A stretch of DNA of 64,000 nucleotides from Alphaproteobacteria bacterium (GCA_029937535.1 JAPYPT010000002.1:145-64144), one strand, 5' to 3'. Shown: positions 27,144-36,957, numbered from the stretch's first letter. The notes: generated by a model not told the origin, from the letters alone. Made by a program: numbers and translations.

Positions 27144-28796
27144 ATGAACGGAATTGATTACATCGCCCAGATCTTGAAGCAGGAAGGGGTGGAATGGATG
27201 TCCTGTTTCCCCTCCAACCCGCTGATTTCCGCCGCCGCCAAGATCGGCATTCGCCCCATCGCCTTTCGCCATGAACGTGGCGCGATGATGGCGGCGGACG
27301 GCTATAGCCGCATCAGCGACCGGAAGCGCTTCGGCGTGGTCGCCGTTCAGGCCCAAGCAGGCGCCGAAAACATCATGGGCGGGTTGTCCCAGGCCTTTGC
27401 GGACAATATCCCGGTCCTGGTCATGCTGGGCGGCAACGACCTTAATCAGCTATCCGTCCGGCCGAATTTCTCCGCCACGCAGAGAATGCAGGGCTGGGCC
27501 AAGCAGATCGAGGCAATCTATACGCCCGACCAGGTTGGTGACGTCATGCGCCGCGCCTTTCACGCCCTGCGCAACGGCACGCCGGGGCCGGTGGTGGTGG
27601 AACTGACTGGTGATGTCTGTGCCCAGGAAATTCCCGAGGCCGCGCTTACCTACCAATCGCCCAAGTTGGCGCGCCAGGCGCCTGAAAGCAGCGATATCGG
27701 CGCCGCGGTTCAGGCCTTGATGGAGGCCAAGAAGCCGATGATCTGGGCCGGTGCGGGGGTCTTGTTTTCGGGCGCGACGGAGGCCTTGCGGGAGCTGGCG
27801 GAACTTACCGCGATGCCGGTGTTCACCACCATGCCGGGAAAATCCGCCTTTGACGAACGCCACCCTCTCGCCCTGGGCGCGGGCAGCGGGGCGACAACCC
27901 TGCCGGCCCATCGTTGGCTGTCGGATAGCGATGTGCTGTTGGCGCTGGGGTCTAGCCTGACCCGTTCGCCCTACGGCCAGCCAATCCGTCCCGGAAAAAA
28001 AATTATCCACAACACCATCAACCCGGACGATATCAACAAGGACGAGGCGGCGGACATCGCCCTGACCGGCGATACCCAACTGACCATCCAGGCTCTGATC
28101 AAGGAGATCAAGGCGCGGACGGGAGACAAGGGCTTTGGCGATAGAGCGAACAGGGAGGCCGAGGTTGCGGCCATCAAGGGCGAGTGGCTAGAACAATGGA
28201 CGCCGCTGCTGACCTCCGACGAGGAGCCGTTGAACTATTACCGGGTGATCCACGAGATCAATCAGAACCTTGATCTGGAAAACAGCATCGTCACCCATGA
28301 CGCTGGCGCGCCGCGGGATTCGATCGTTCCCTTCTTCAATGCGACCACGCCGCACAGCTATATCGGTTGGGGCAAGACAACTCATCTTGGTTTTGGCATA
28401 CCCCTGATGATCGGCGCGAAGATGGCGGAGCCGGACAAATTCTGTCTGAATTTGATGGGGGATGGCGCCTTCGGCATGTCCGGAACCGACATCGAGACAT
28501 CGGCCCGCTCGGAAGCAGCCATTACCACGGTGCTTTTGAACAACAGCGCCATGGCGACCTATTCCGGCCCTTCGCAAGGCACCATCGGCGCCGAGGCGCG
28601 CGAGCGGTATGGCGTGTCCACCATGCAGGGCGACTACGCCAAGATTGCCGAAGGCATGGGCGCCGTGGGCATTACCGTGACAAAGGCGGGCGAAATAGCG
28701 CCGGCCCTGCGGGAAGCCAGGCGTCTGAATGCCGCAGGCAAAACCGTGCTGATCGACGTGCATGCGAATATCGAAGAACGGCGTTCGAGGTTCTAA
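27144..28796 (+). CDS. thiamine-diphosphate-dependent enzyme (second ThDP enzyme in window)
   Basis: 550 aa with the GDGA...NN ThDP motif (MGDGAFGMSGTDIETSARSEAAITTVLLNN). Confidence 0.85.
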   Translation: MNGIDYIAQILKQEGVEWMSCFPSNPLISAAAKIGIRPIAFRHERGAMMAADGYSRISDRKRFGVVAVQAQAGAENIMGGLSQAFADNIPVLVMLGGNDLNQLSVRPNFSATQRMQGWAKQIEAIYTPDQVGDVMRRAFHALRNGTPGPVVVELTGDVCAQEIPEAALTYQSPKLARQAPESSDIGAAVQALMEAKKPMIWAGAGVLFSGATEALRELAELTAMPVFTTMPGKSAFDERHPLALGAGSGATTLPAHRWLSDSDVLLALGSSLTRSPYGQPIRPGKKIIHNTINPDDINKDEAADIALTGDTQLTIQALIKEIKARTGDKGFGDRANREAEVAAIKGEWLEQWTPLLTSDEEPLNYYRVIHEINQNLDLENSIVTHDAGAPRDSIVPFFNATTPHSYIGWGKTTHLGFGIPLMIGAKMAEPDKFCLNLMGDGAFGMSGTDIETSARSEAAITTVLLNNSAMATYSGPSQGTIGAEARERYGVSTMQGDYAKIAEGMGAVGITVTKAGEIAPALREARRLNAAGKTVLIDVHANIEERRSRF

Positions 28797-28800
28797 GATC

Positions 28801-30159
28801 ATGGAACAGAGCAATCCCACATCGCTGCGCGTGCCGGACCCCGGCATCGCTGCGTTGTTCGAACAGGATGCCCGCTGGCAGGCCTGGCTGGATGTGGAGG
28901 CGGCGTTGGCCAAGGCGGAGGCCGAGCTGGGCATGATACCGGCGGCGGCGGCGGACGAAATTGTCGCCAAATGCGATATCTCGCTGTTCGACCGGGAGCG
29001 CATTACGGAGGGGTTTCAGCGCACCGGGCACACTCTGGTGCCGCTGGTGTGGGAATTGTCGCGTCTGTGCGAGGGTGATGCGGGCAACTACGTGCATTGG
29101 GGCGCCACAACCCAGAACATCACCCAGACCGGGGATTTGTTGCAGCTTCGCAAGGCGCATCGGATATTTCTGGGCCAGATCGGCGCCATTCTCAATGCTC
29201 TGGCGGATCTCGCCCTACGCTCCAAGGACATGGCGCTGCCGGGCCGCACCCATGGCCAGCACGCCGTGCCCGCGACTTACGGGCTGAAGGTGGCGATCTG
29301 GATTGACGAATTCGCCCGCCATGTGGAGCGCCTGACGGAATGCGAAGCCAGGGTCTTTCAGGCATTGCTGGGTGGCGCCGCGGGCACCGTCGCCTCGTTC
29401 GGCGACCAGGGCCTGGAGGTGCAGGCGCGGATGGCGGCCCATCTGGACATGCCGCCCATGGCGGTCCCGGCCCGAAGCATCATGGATCACCTGGCAGAGC
29501 ATATCATGCTGCTGGCCTTGCTGGCGGCCAGTTGCGGCAAATTCGCCAACGAAATCTACACCGGCATGAAGCAGGAATTTGGCGAAGTTGAGGAACCGAT
29601 TTCCCCCGGTACCGTGGGCAGCTCCACCATGCCGCAAAAGCGCAACCCGCACCTCTCCCAAGACGTCATGGCCTATGCGGCGCAAATCCGAGCAATGGTG
29701 CCCCTGGCGCTGGAAGCCGTGATGACGGAACATGAAGCGAACCGGCAAACCTCTCTGATGATGCGGCATGCGCAAAACCAAGTCTGCGGGCTTTTAGGCG
29801 ACACCCTCGAGAGGGTCCGGATCCTGGCCGAAGGTCTGGTCCTGAAGCCCGAACGCATGCGCGCCAATCTGGATCTGACCGAAGGCTTGATCATGGCCGA
29901 ACCGATCATGCTGGCGCTGGGTGAGCATGTGGGCCGCCAGGAGGCCCACGATATTGTCTATGACGCGGCGCAGGCGGCAGCCAAGGGCGATGTTAGTTTC
30001 GCCGATCTACTCGCCGCGGATAACCGTTTCAGCCGGCACCTGTCGCAAAGCCAGATGGAAAGCATGCTCGATGCGACGCAATATACCGGCCTGTGCAGCC
30101 AACTCGCCGAGACCCAGGCGGCCCGCGCCCGGGCGCTGGCAAAAACACTTGCTGATTGA
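28801..30159 (+). CDS. class II fumarase/aspartase-family lyase (adenylosuccinate lyase / 3-carboxy-cis,cis-muconate cycloisomerase-like)
   Basis: GSSTMPQKRNP signature loop. Starts 5 nt after the ThDP gene stop. Confidence 0.8.
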   Translation: MEQSNPTSLRVPDPGIAALFEQDARWQAWLDVEAALAKAEAELGMIPAAAADEIVAKCDISLFDRERITEGFQRTGHTLVPLVWELSRLCEGDAGNYVHWGATTQNITQTGDLLQLRKAHRIFLGQIGAILNALADLALRSKDMALPGRTHGQHAVPATYGLKVAIWIDEFARHVERLTECEARVFQALLGGAAGTVASFGDQGLEVQARMAAHLDMPPMAVPARSIMDHLAEHIMLLALLAASCGKFANEIYTGMKQEFGEVEEPISPGTVGSSTMPQKRNPHLSQDVMAYAAQIRAMVPLALEAVMTEHEANRQTSLMMRHAQNQVCGLLGDTLERVRILAEGLVLKPERMRANLDLTEGLIMAEPIMLALGEHVGRQEAHDIVYDAAQAAAKGDVSFADLLAADNRFSRHLSQSQMESMLDATQYTGLCSQLAETQAARARALAKTLAD

Positions 30160-30166
30160 AGCCCGC

Positions 30167-30721
30167 TCAGCCACTTGTTTTTTGTAGCTGGTCATCGCCA
30201 TTCCGCTCTTGGTTTTCCTTCAGGATTTGTCTTAGGAAGGCAATGATCTCGGCCGCGTCCCATTCCACGGCGCCGATAAGTCTGCCGATTTCCCGGCCTT
30301 GGGGATCGACAAGAATTGTGCCGGGAAGACCGAAAATCCTGAGTTTCCGCGCGGCCCCCCCGCTTTGATCGTTGAACAGCCGTAGATGCTCGATCCCGAA
30401 TTCCTCGTAGAAGCCGCGCACGGCATCTATTCCGGCGCGATCGATGGACAGCGCCAGAACTTCAAACCCCTCGCCGCCAAGTTGGGTTTGCAAACGGTCG
30501 AGTGCCGGCATTTCCGCCCGGCAGGGCCCGCACCACGTGGCCCAAAGATTGAGCAGCACGAATTTTCCGCGCCAGGCCCGCAATGTGTAAGGCTTGCCCT
30601 GGCCGTCGGTGAAGGTGATTTCGGGGAGCGGTACGGGCGTTTTCCGTTGCGGTGGATCGGCGGCTAACGAACGCATGGTCAGGGCGGCGGTGAATACGAG
30701 AAGAAGCAGAAAAAACCGCAT
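30167..30721 (-). CDS. TlpA-family periplasmic thiol:disulfide oxidoreductase
   Basis: Signal peptide; WATWCGPCRAEMP thioredoxin motif. Confidence 0.8.
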   Translation of the reverse strand: MRFFLLLLVFTAALTMRSLAADPPQRKTPVPLPEITFTDGQGKPYTLRAWRGKFVLLNLWATWCGPCRAEMPALDRLQTQLGGEGFEVLALSIDRAGIDAVRGFYEEFGIEHLRLFNDQSGGAARKLRIFGLPGTILVDPQGREIGRLIGAVEWDAAEIIAFLRQILKENQERNGDDQLQKTSG

Positions 30722-30730
30722 GTGTTTGCC

Positions 30731-32206
30731 CTATGTCTCGACGCGAATAACGCCCATCATCCCCGCCGCCTGATGTTCGAGGATGTGGCAATGGAACATC
30801 CAATCGCCTGGATTGTCGGCCACCAGGGCAATCTCGACCTTTTCACGGGGCGCCATCAGAACCGTGTCCTGCCATTCGCGATGTTTGGTTGCCTGACCAT
30901 TGCGGGAGATGACGCGAAAGGAATGGCCATGCAGGTGGATCGGATGATGCCAGGCGGTGGCGTTGGTCATGGTGATGCGGTGGGTGCGGTCGCGCGCCAG
31001 GGTCAGCATGGGCTCCATGATATGGCCGGTGGCGGCGACGCCGTTGATGAACCATATTTTCCCCGCATGCATCATCTCGCGCAGGCTGGCGCCATTTTCA
31101 CTATTCATGCTGCCGCCCATGTCCCGCATGACGCCGCCACCCATCATGCCGCCGTTGAAGATCACGTCGTGGGACATGGCGTTGGCGAGATCGGGCTCCG
31201 GCAACGGGTTGGCGGGCAGTTCAATGGGCCAGTCCGGCGTTCGGTCCCTGAGGGGGGCGGCGGCGTAGGCAAGATCGACCAGTCGGTATTCCCTGCCCTT
31301 GTAAAAGCGGTCAATGACCGGGGTCTTGCTACTGGGCGCGCCGGCAAAATCCAGAATGACATCGGCCCGCATGGCTGGGCCTAAGACGACGAGGCCGCCT
31401 TTGGGCGATCGAGGGGTCGTCGGTTGTCCGTCCAATGCAATGATCCGAGGTTCGTGGGAGCTGAAGTCCAGGGCGAAAATGCGGGCGTTCGCGGCGTTGA
31501 TCAGGCGCAGGCGGATACGCTCCCCTTTTCTGACCGCGAATGTCTTCGGCATCCGGCCATTGATGGTGACGCTGTTGCCGATCCGTCCGTTATGGCTCAC
31601 GTCCCGCATGTTGCCAAAATCATCGCTGATCGCCGCCGATTTGGTTAGGCGCCAATCATCCAGCACCCAGGTTAGATCACGGTCGACACGCACCGGGTTG
31701 GGCTCCTCGATGATGAGCGGGCCGTAAAGGCCGCGCCCGACCTGTTCGAAACTGCGTTGATGAGGATGATACCAAAAGGTGCCGGCATCAATCGCGTCGA
31801 ACTCGTACGTGAAGGTCTCGCCCGGCCCAATGGGGCGTTGGGTCAGGTGGGGCACGCCGTCCATGTCATTGGGCACCCGCAAGCCGTGCCAGTGGACCGT
31901 GGTTTCCTCCGCAAGCCCGTTTTTCGCGGTGATCCGCAGACGATCACCCTGGCGAACCCGGATTTCCGGGCCGGGTACCGTGCCATTGAAGCACCACGCA
32001 TCGGTGCGTCCGTAGGGTTCGGGGACCAAACGTACCTGGTTTGGCGCCGCCGTGAGGTTGAAATCGTGGGTTCGCCGAGACTGCGCCCGTGGGGGTGCAG
32101 TAAGTGGCAGGTGCGAGGCAAAGGCCGCCATTCCGGATGCAGCCAGAAATCCGCGTCGTGTAAATAATCCTCGTCGGCGTTTTGACATCTCGTCCTCAAT
32201 ATTCAT
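30731..32206 (-). CDS. multicopper oxidase with twin-arginine signal
   Basis: RRGFLAASG Tat motif; HWHGLRVPNDMDG and HCHILEHQAAGMMG copper sites. Start may be the internal ATG (MSKRRRG). Confidence 0.85.
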   Translation of the reverse strand: MNIEDEMSKRRRGLFTRRGFLAASGMAAFASHLPLTAPPRAQSRRTHDFNLTAAPNQVRLVPEPYGRTDAWCFNGTVPGPEIRVRQGDRLRITAKNGLAEETTVHWHGLRVPNDMDGVPHLTQRPIGPGETFTYEFDAIDAGTFWYHPHQRSFEQVGRGLYGPLIIEEPNPVRVDRDLTWVLDDWRLTKSAAISDDFGNMRDVSHNGRIGNSVTINGRMPKTFAVRKGERIRLRLINAANARIFALDFSSHEPRIIALDGQPTTPRSPKGGLVVLGPAMRADVILDFAGAPSSKTPVIDRFYKGREYRLVDLAYAAAPLRDRTPDWPIELPANPLPEPDLANAMSHDVIFNGGMMGGGVMRDMGGSMNSENGASLREMMHAGKIWFINGVAATGHIMEPMLTLARDRTHRITMTNATAWHHPIHLHGHSFRVISRNGQATKHREWQDTVLMAPREKVEIALVADNPGDWMFHCHILEHQAAGMMGVIRVET

Positions 32207-32311
32207 GTCATGATAGATATGTCGAGTATTTAGTCAAAAATTCTAGTTTCGGAGTTCCATAAAGTTGAGGTAAGCCACCAAGCCGGGTTAGGATTGACCG
32301 GTTGACACAAA

Positions 32312-32836
32312 ATGCAACCCCAGGCTCGAATGATGCGATTTCCAAGGACCATTCGACTAGACGGAACCGATACCAGGGTTTTTGAGAACGCCGCCGAACC
32401 CGGCGAGTGGGCGGTGACCGGCGCCTTCGTCTTTGCCGACGCCGACCCCGCCGCCATCACCGGCAAGCACCGCCAGGCCTTTCGCAATGGTTTTCTGGGG
32501 ACCGTTAGTTTCGGGTGGTCCACCTTGGTGGCGGTGGCCAACATGGACGAGAGCCAATATCAATCCGTGATCGAAGCCCTGGCAGCCCACTTTGTTACCC
32601 ACTACGGCGCGCCGGATTTGGCCGCGGCCCGCCCCGTCGCGCGTGATGAAGCAGCCTTCGCCGCCTCTCTTTGCGAACATCCGGTCAACACCCTGCTGGC
32701 AGTGGACCGCAAACATGGGGATCAAAATCATGGTGATGACGGGATTGTCGAACGGTTCCACGTTATCCAGTCCGCGGCGGACGGCGGGGCGGTTCGGCCA
32801 TGGGAGCTTGTCAATGATGACCCCGGCAAAGGGTAA
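32312..32836 (+). CDS. hypothetical protein (about 174 aa)
   Basis: Clean ORF, no recognised motif. Start uncertain (32312, 32330 or 32333). Confidence 0.5.
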   Translation: MQPQARMMRFPRTIRLDGTDTRVFENAAEPGEWAVTGAFVFADADPAAITGKHRQAFRNGFLGTVSFGWSTLVAVANMDESQYQSVIEALAAHFVTHYGAPDLAAARPVARDEAAFAASLCEHPVNTLLAVDRKHGDQNHGDDGIVERFHVIQSAADGGAVRPWELVNDDPGKG

Positions 32837-33254
32837 TGGGCACTGCCCGGCGTGGCCCGTGCGGCACGTCAGGTTAGCGTGGTTGGCGGTAATGGTCTGG
32901 CTGGCATGGCCCTTGTCCATGGCCTCGGTCGGTGACATCGACAAAGGCCGGGCCTTGGCGCAAAAACATTGCGCTGTTTGCCATGTCATCGGCGACTTCA
33001 ACAAATTTGGCGGTATTGGCAGCACGCCGTCATTTCAGTTGCTGGCCAGTCTGCGCGACGGAAAGGATCGGTTTCAGAGTTTCTTTGCCCGCCGGCCGCA
33101 TCCATCCTTCATTTTCCTGCCCGATCAACAGCCACCCACGAAGCTGCCCCTGAATGCGCCGCCGGTACGCCTGACCCATCAACAGGTGGATGACATCGTC
33201 CGCTTCGCCATGACGCTGAAGGATCCCCGCTTGGCGGAGCCGCCCCGCGAATAA
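32814..33254 (+). CDS. small c-type cytochrome (CxxCH)
   Basis: CAVCH heme-binding motif after a signal-like segment (RHVRLAWLAVMVWLAWPLSMA). Start ambiguous (ATG at 32814 or a downstream GTG). Overlaps the preceding ORF by about 22 nt. Confidence 0.55.
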   Translation: MMTPAKGNGHCPAWPVRHVRLAWLAVMVWLAWPLSMASVGDIDKGRALAQKHCAVCHVIGDFNKFGGIGSTPSFQLLASLRDGKDRFQSFFARRPHPSFIFLPDQQPPTKLPLNAPPVRLTHQQVDDIVRFAMTLKDPRLAEPPRE

Positions 33255-33258
33255 TCGC

Positions 33259-34212
33259 CTAGTCAGAAAAATAGCTGCGCAGACTGGCCATGGCGGCGGG
33301 GGGCGAAACGTTGAGGATGATGGCCGTGGCATAGACACTTGCCGCCAGCAGGGCGTCGCTTTGATCTGAGTCGGACCGTGAGAATGGCAGATCAGTGATC
33401 GCCATGGCATCGCCGTCCATATCATCGTACAGCACGCCGTCGACAACGTAGATGCCGCCGGGTGTCCGCGACTGCCCGGATACGGGAATGATTATTTGCT
33501 CCTTCTTGAGGGACAACTCCTTCAGAACCTGACGGCCGGCGGCGCTGTCGACGGAGACGACGGCGCCCTTGGGGCCGGTCTGGCGGTGAAAGACCCAACG
33601 GCTCGCCGCCAGGGTATCATCACGGTCCTGGCACGGCGGCCAGGCGCCCGTCCCAATATCCAGAAAAACGGCGGCGTCATAGGTAATCGAGACGGTCAGA
33701 TCGGCGCGCGCCGGCGGCATGTCCATGACATAGACACCGCCAAGGTCCATGCCATGCAGATCGAGCAGGGGCCGGCCGCCATCGCCGCCCACCTCCGCCT
33801 CCAACCCGGTGATCGGCAGCACATGTTCGAAGATATTCAATGTCTCTTCCGCCTGCGCCCTGGAAACCACGGCGACGTAGGCGGCATCGCGCTGGGCCCG
33901 GGCCAGCAGTTCACTATCGGCAATGACCTCGCAGCCCCCCGCCCGGGCGGCGGCGACAATTGGATGCGGATTGTCGGTGCCGTGGGGGATGTGATGTTCG
34001 ATAACCAGGCTGACCAGCTCACGCCAATCAACGCCGGTCAGATCGCGCACGGGTATGTCCGCCGCTTCCGCGGCCTCGCGCCGGGCCGGATCGTCGTCCC
34101 AAGCCCAGACCTCCGCCTCGCTCAAGCTGAGTGAGCGGGCGCTGGCGATCCCTTCCTCGCCAAGACCCAGTACGGCGACCGGAAATCCGGAAAAAGGAAA
34201 CAGGTCGATCAT
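33259..34212 (-). CDS. hypothetical protein with MurD-like N-terminal Rossmann region but no P-loop
   Basis: N-terminus VAVLGLGEEGIASARSL...DDDP resembles MurD domain 1. The expected GxxGKT P-loop is absent. Confidence 0.5.
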   Translation of the reverse strand: MIDLFPFSGFPVAVLGLGEEGIASARSLSLSEAEVWAWDDDPARREAAEAADIPVRDLTGVDWRELVSLVIEHHIPHGTDNPHPIVAAARAGGCEVIADSELLARAQRDAAYVAVVSRAQAEETLNIFEHVLPITGLEAEVGGDGGRPLLDLHGMDLGGVYVMDMPPARADLTVSITYDAAVFLDIGTGAWPPCQDRDDTLAASRWVFHRQTGPKGAVVSVDSAAGRQVLKELSLKKEQIIIPVSGQSRTPGGIYVVDGVLYDDMDGDAMAITDLPFSRSDSDQSDALLAASVYATAIILNVSPPAAMASLRSYFSD

Positions 34213-34246
34213 GTTTGCGTTCCTAGATTGTTAAGCTGCATCGGTT

Positions 34247-35266
34247 TCAGGTGGTGGCCGCCACGGGTAGGTTGACCAGCAGGTTTTGCGGCTTGATGCG
34301 CAGCCGGCCGTTGGCGCCGATACAAAGACCTAAGTAGACCGGCCGCCCGGCGATGTCCGGACGCATATCGCCCTCGTTCTCGAAAGTCAGACGAAACAGG
34401 CTCAGCAACCGGCCCAGACGTTCATCGTCAACGTCGTTTTGCTGATAAAGGTCGTTCAACAGCGCGGATGCCTCAACATCCAGGCCGATATGCCATGACC
34501 AGCGTTCGTCGTCTATTTGCGCCTGCGGCTCGATTTTGACGGAAACGCCGAGGAAATGCGCGATCCAGCGTTCCATCACGCGGCACAGCGCCTTTCCCCC
34601 ACGGCGGCCGTAGGTAAGATCCAGGGCGAAATCGAAGGCTTCGGACCGCTCGAAATATTTCTCCGCATTGCCGTCGGCCAGAACCTCCTGGTCATTTGCG
34701 CCCAGAATGGAGCCGGTCCGCAGCATATCCAGAAGACTAATGGGACTGCCCTGCCGTTGCTGACGCCTAATTTCCGCGGCTTCGTTGTCGACCAGCAAAA
34801 TCATGCCGTCGGTATTCCGTACATCCTGTTCCCGGAAAAACAGCTCGCCCGCGCGCAACTCGAAGCTGTCGTCAACATCCCCGAGGATATTACGCAAAAT
34901 CACATGGGTGAGGTGGTCGAGGAAAAGCGGCGGAAAATCAATCGCCCCGCCGGCGCGGAAAAGGCCAAGGTAGCTTTGCTCGATATTCCCGGCCCGTTGC
35001 AGCCGCGCCCGGAAATTTAGAAACAGCTGGATGTTGTCCCGGGCGTCTTCATCCTCGACCGCGGCCAGTTCACCGGCGCTCACATCCCGCAAGGGCGCCT
35101 CGACAAGAGCCTCGTGCAGGGCCAGCTCGTTTTCGCAAGACTCCTCCACCGGCGCCAGTTCCGGGCGAAACAGATAGGCCCGCAAGAACTCATCACTCAG
35201 GTTCAGAAAACCATCCGTGCCCCGTGTAAGAAGTTGAAACCCGCTATTGCGCCAAAAATCCGACAT
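34247..35266 (-). CDS. hypothetical protein (about 339 aa)
   Basis: Start at internal ATG 35266, preceded by GGGGCGAGGGG. No recognised domain. Confidence 0.5.
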   Translation of the reverse strand: MSDFWRNSGFQLLTRGTDGFLNLSDEFLRAYLFRPELAPVEESCENELALHEALVEAPLRDVSAGELAAVEDEDARDNIQLFLNFRARLQRAGNIEQSYLGLFRAGGAIDFPPLFLDHLTHVILRNILGDVDDSFELRAGELFFREQDVRNTDGMILLVDNEAAEIRRQQRQGSPISLLDMLRTGSILGANDQEVLADGNAEKYFERSEAFDFALDLTYGRRGGKALCRVMERWIAHFLGVSVKIEPQAQIDDERWSWHIGLDVEASALLNDLYQQNDVDDERLGRLLSLFRLTFENEGDMRPDIAGRPVYLGLCIGANGRLRIKPQNLLVNLPVAATT

Positions 35267-35432
35267 CGACCCCTCGCCCCCAAATTTCCGCCGGAGTATA
35301 GCGGATAAGCCGGCGGACCAGAGCACTTTCGGAGCACAAACCATCGACGACATTCTTTTTCCGAACCCCTATGATGAAGAGATGGGATTGCCGGAGAGCA
35401 GGTCATCGCTGACGAAGCGTGGCATCGCCAGC

Positions 35433-36758
35433 ATGGCCACAATGGCTACAAAGGCCCTTGCGGGCGCCGCCATGTGTGCGGCCCCGTTCGTTATGCCTAT
35501 CGCCGCAATTGCCGACATGGTCGGCCACGGCGGCATGATCCGCTCCATCGCGGTGTCCCCCGATGGTCAATATGCCCTGACGGCCAGTTTTGACTATTCC
35601 GCCCGGCTTTGGCGGTTTGATGAACAGCGGGAGCTGCAAGTTCTTGATGGTCATGACGGCCCGGTGAACGGCGCCATCTTCTCGCGCCATAAGGACCGTT
35701 TGGTGACGGTTGGGGCGGACGGCAAGGTCATTATCTGGGACCGGTTGAAAGCGGAACCACTGGTTGTCATGAATGGTCATCGTGGCCGGGCCATGTCGGT
35801 CGTGGAGACGGCGGACAGTGGCATGATTTTGACCGGCGGCTGGGATGGCCGGTTGATCGTCTGGGACCTGCACCGGGGCACACGGGTGAAGGTCTATGAA
35901 ACCGGCGTGCCCATGGTGTCCGCTGCGTTGGGCAACGGCTCTCGAACCCTCGTCGCGGGCGGACGCGACGGCGTTGTCCGCTTGCTCCGCTATGACGACG
36001 GCGTGACCATCGGACGCATCCGGGCCCATGATATCGGTTTGACGCAACTGGCGGCATCTGGCGACGGCCGCCGCCTGGTGACCATCGGTCTCGACAACGC
36101 GGCCCGGGTTTGGAATTTGCGGACCCTTGAAGGTATTTCCAGCTACCTCCCCGAACCTCAGGTCAAACCGGTTTCGGCGGTGTTGTCGTCCGATGGGTCG
36201 GAGATGTTGATCGGCTATTTTGATGGCAATCTGGTGCACCTGGATACGGTCGGCGGCCGTGTGAAGAGGCGGCTGAAGGTGGAGGACGGGCCGGTCTGGG
36301 CGGTAGCCTTTTCGCCCGATGGCCGCTTTGCGCTTACGGCGGGGGTTGGTGAACGGGTTCGGGTCTGGCATCTCGAATCCGGCGACCGGATCAGCGTTTC
36401 CAACGAAGATGATGCCGTGAAACGCCCGGCGCCTTGGCTTGAAAGCGATCATCCCGGCGCCAGACTGTTCCGCAAATGCGCCAATTGCCACGCCTTGACA
36501 AAGGCGGAGCGGCAACGGGCGGGCCCGCATTTCGCCGGCCTGTTCGGACGCAGGGCCGGGGGGCTTGCCGGCTACCGCTATTCCAGGGCCTTGCGGGAGG
36601 CGCGGTTGTTCTGGTCTCGCGAGACCATTGCCGAATTATTCAGACAGGGCCCCGACCGCTATTTGCCGGGCACCAAAATGCCCGTGCAGAAGGTCGGAAA
36701 CGAGGCTGACCTGGGCCACCTGGTCGACTATCTGGAACGGATTGCGCCCGCCGAATAA
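35433..36758 (+). CDS. secreted WD40-repeat beta-propeller protein fused to a C-terminal class I cytochrome c domain
   Basis: Signal peptide MATMATKALAGAAMCAAPFVMPIAAIA. Repeated WD40 units (GHDGPVNGAIFS...GADGKVIIWD and similar). C-terminal CANCH heme motif. Start 35433 chosen for the signal peptide; 35382 is the alternative. Confidence 0.7.
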   Translation: MATMATKALAGAAMCAAPFVMPIAAIADMVGHGGMIRSIAVSPDGQYALTASFDYSARLWRFDEQRELQVLDGHDGPVNGAIFSRHKDRLVTVGADGKVIIWDRLKAEPLVVMNGHRGRAMSVVETADSGMILTGGWDGRLIVWDLHRGTRVKVYETGVPMVSAALGNGSRTLVAGGRDGVVRLLRYDDGVTIGRIRAHDIGLTQLAASGDGRRLVTIGLDNAARVWNLRTLEGISSYLPEPQVKPVSAVLSSDGSEMLIGYFDGNLVHLDTVGGRVKRRLKVEDGPVWAVAFSPDGRFALTAGVGERVRVWHLESGDRISVSNEDDAVKRPAPWLESDHPGARLFRKCANCHALTKAERQRAGPHFAGLFGRRAGGLAGYRYSRALREARLFWSRETIAELFRQGPDRYLPGTKMPVQKVGNEADLGHLVDYLERIAPAE

Positions 36759-36814
36759 CAGCGATAATATCCAGTTGAATTTGCTCTATTGGAAATTTCT
36801 AGGGAGTTGCAACA

Positions 36815-36937
36815 TGCGTGCCATGTGGCTGGGCTTTGCCGCCGCGATCATCATCGCGCTTCTTGCCGCGGGCGGTCTTAGCCTGATCGAGGGAAGCGCG
36901 CCTGGAAACACCACCAGTTCAAGCACCCGTCTGTAAA
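36815..36937 (+). CDS. possible small membrane peptide (40 aa)
   Basis: GGGAG RBS 8 nt before the ATG; MRAMWLGFAAAIIIALLAAGGLSLI hydrophobic helix. Weak evidence. Confidence 0.3.
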
Positions 36938-36957
36938 ATAGTATTCTCTAGAGCAAC

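Noticed and set aside
35403-36530. 375-aa minus-strand ORF opposite the WD40-cytochrome c gene
   Set aside because: Antisense, Arg/His/Gly-rich; the plus strand encodes WD40 repeats and a CxxCH motif.
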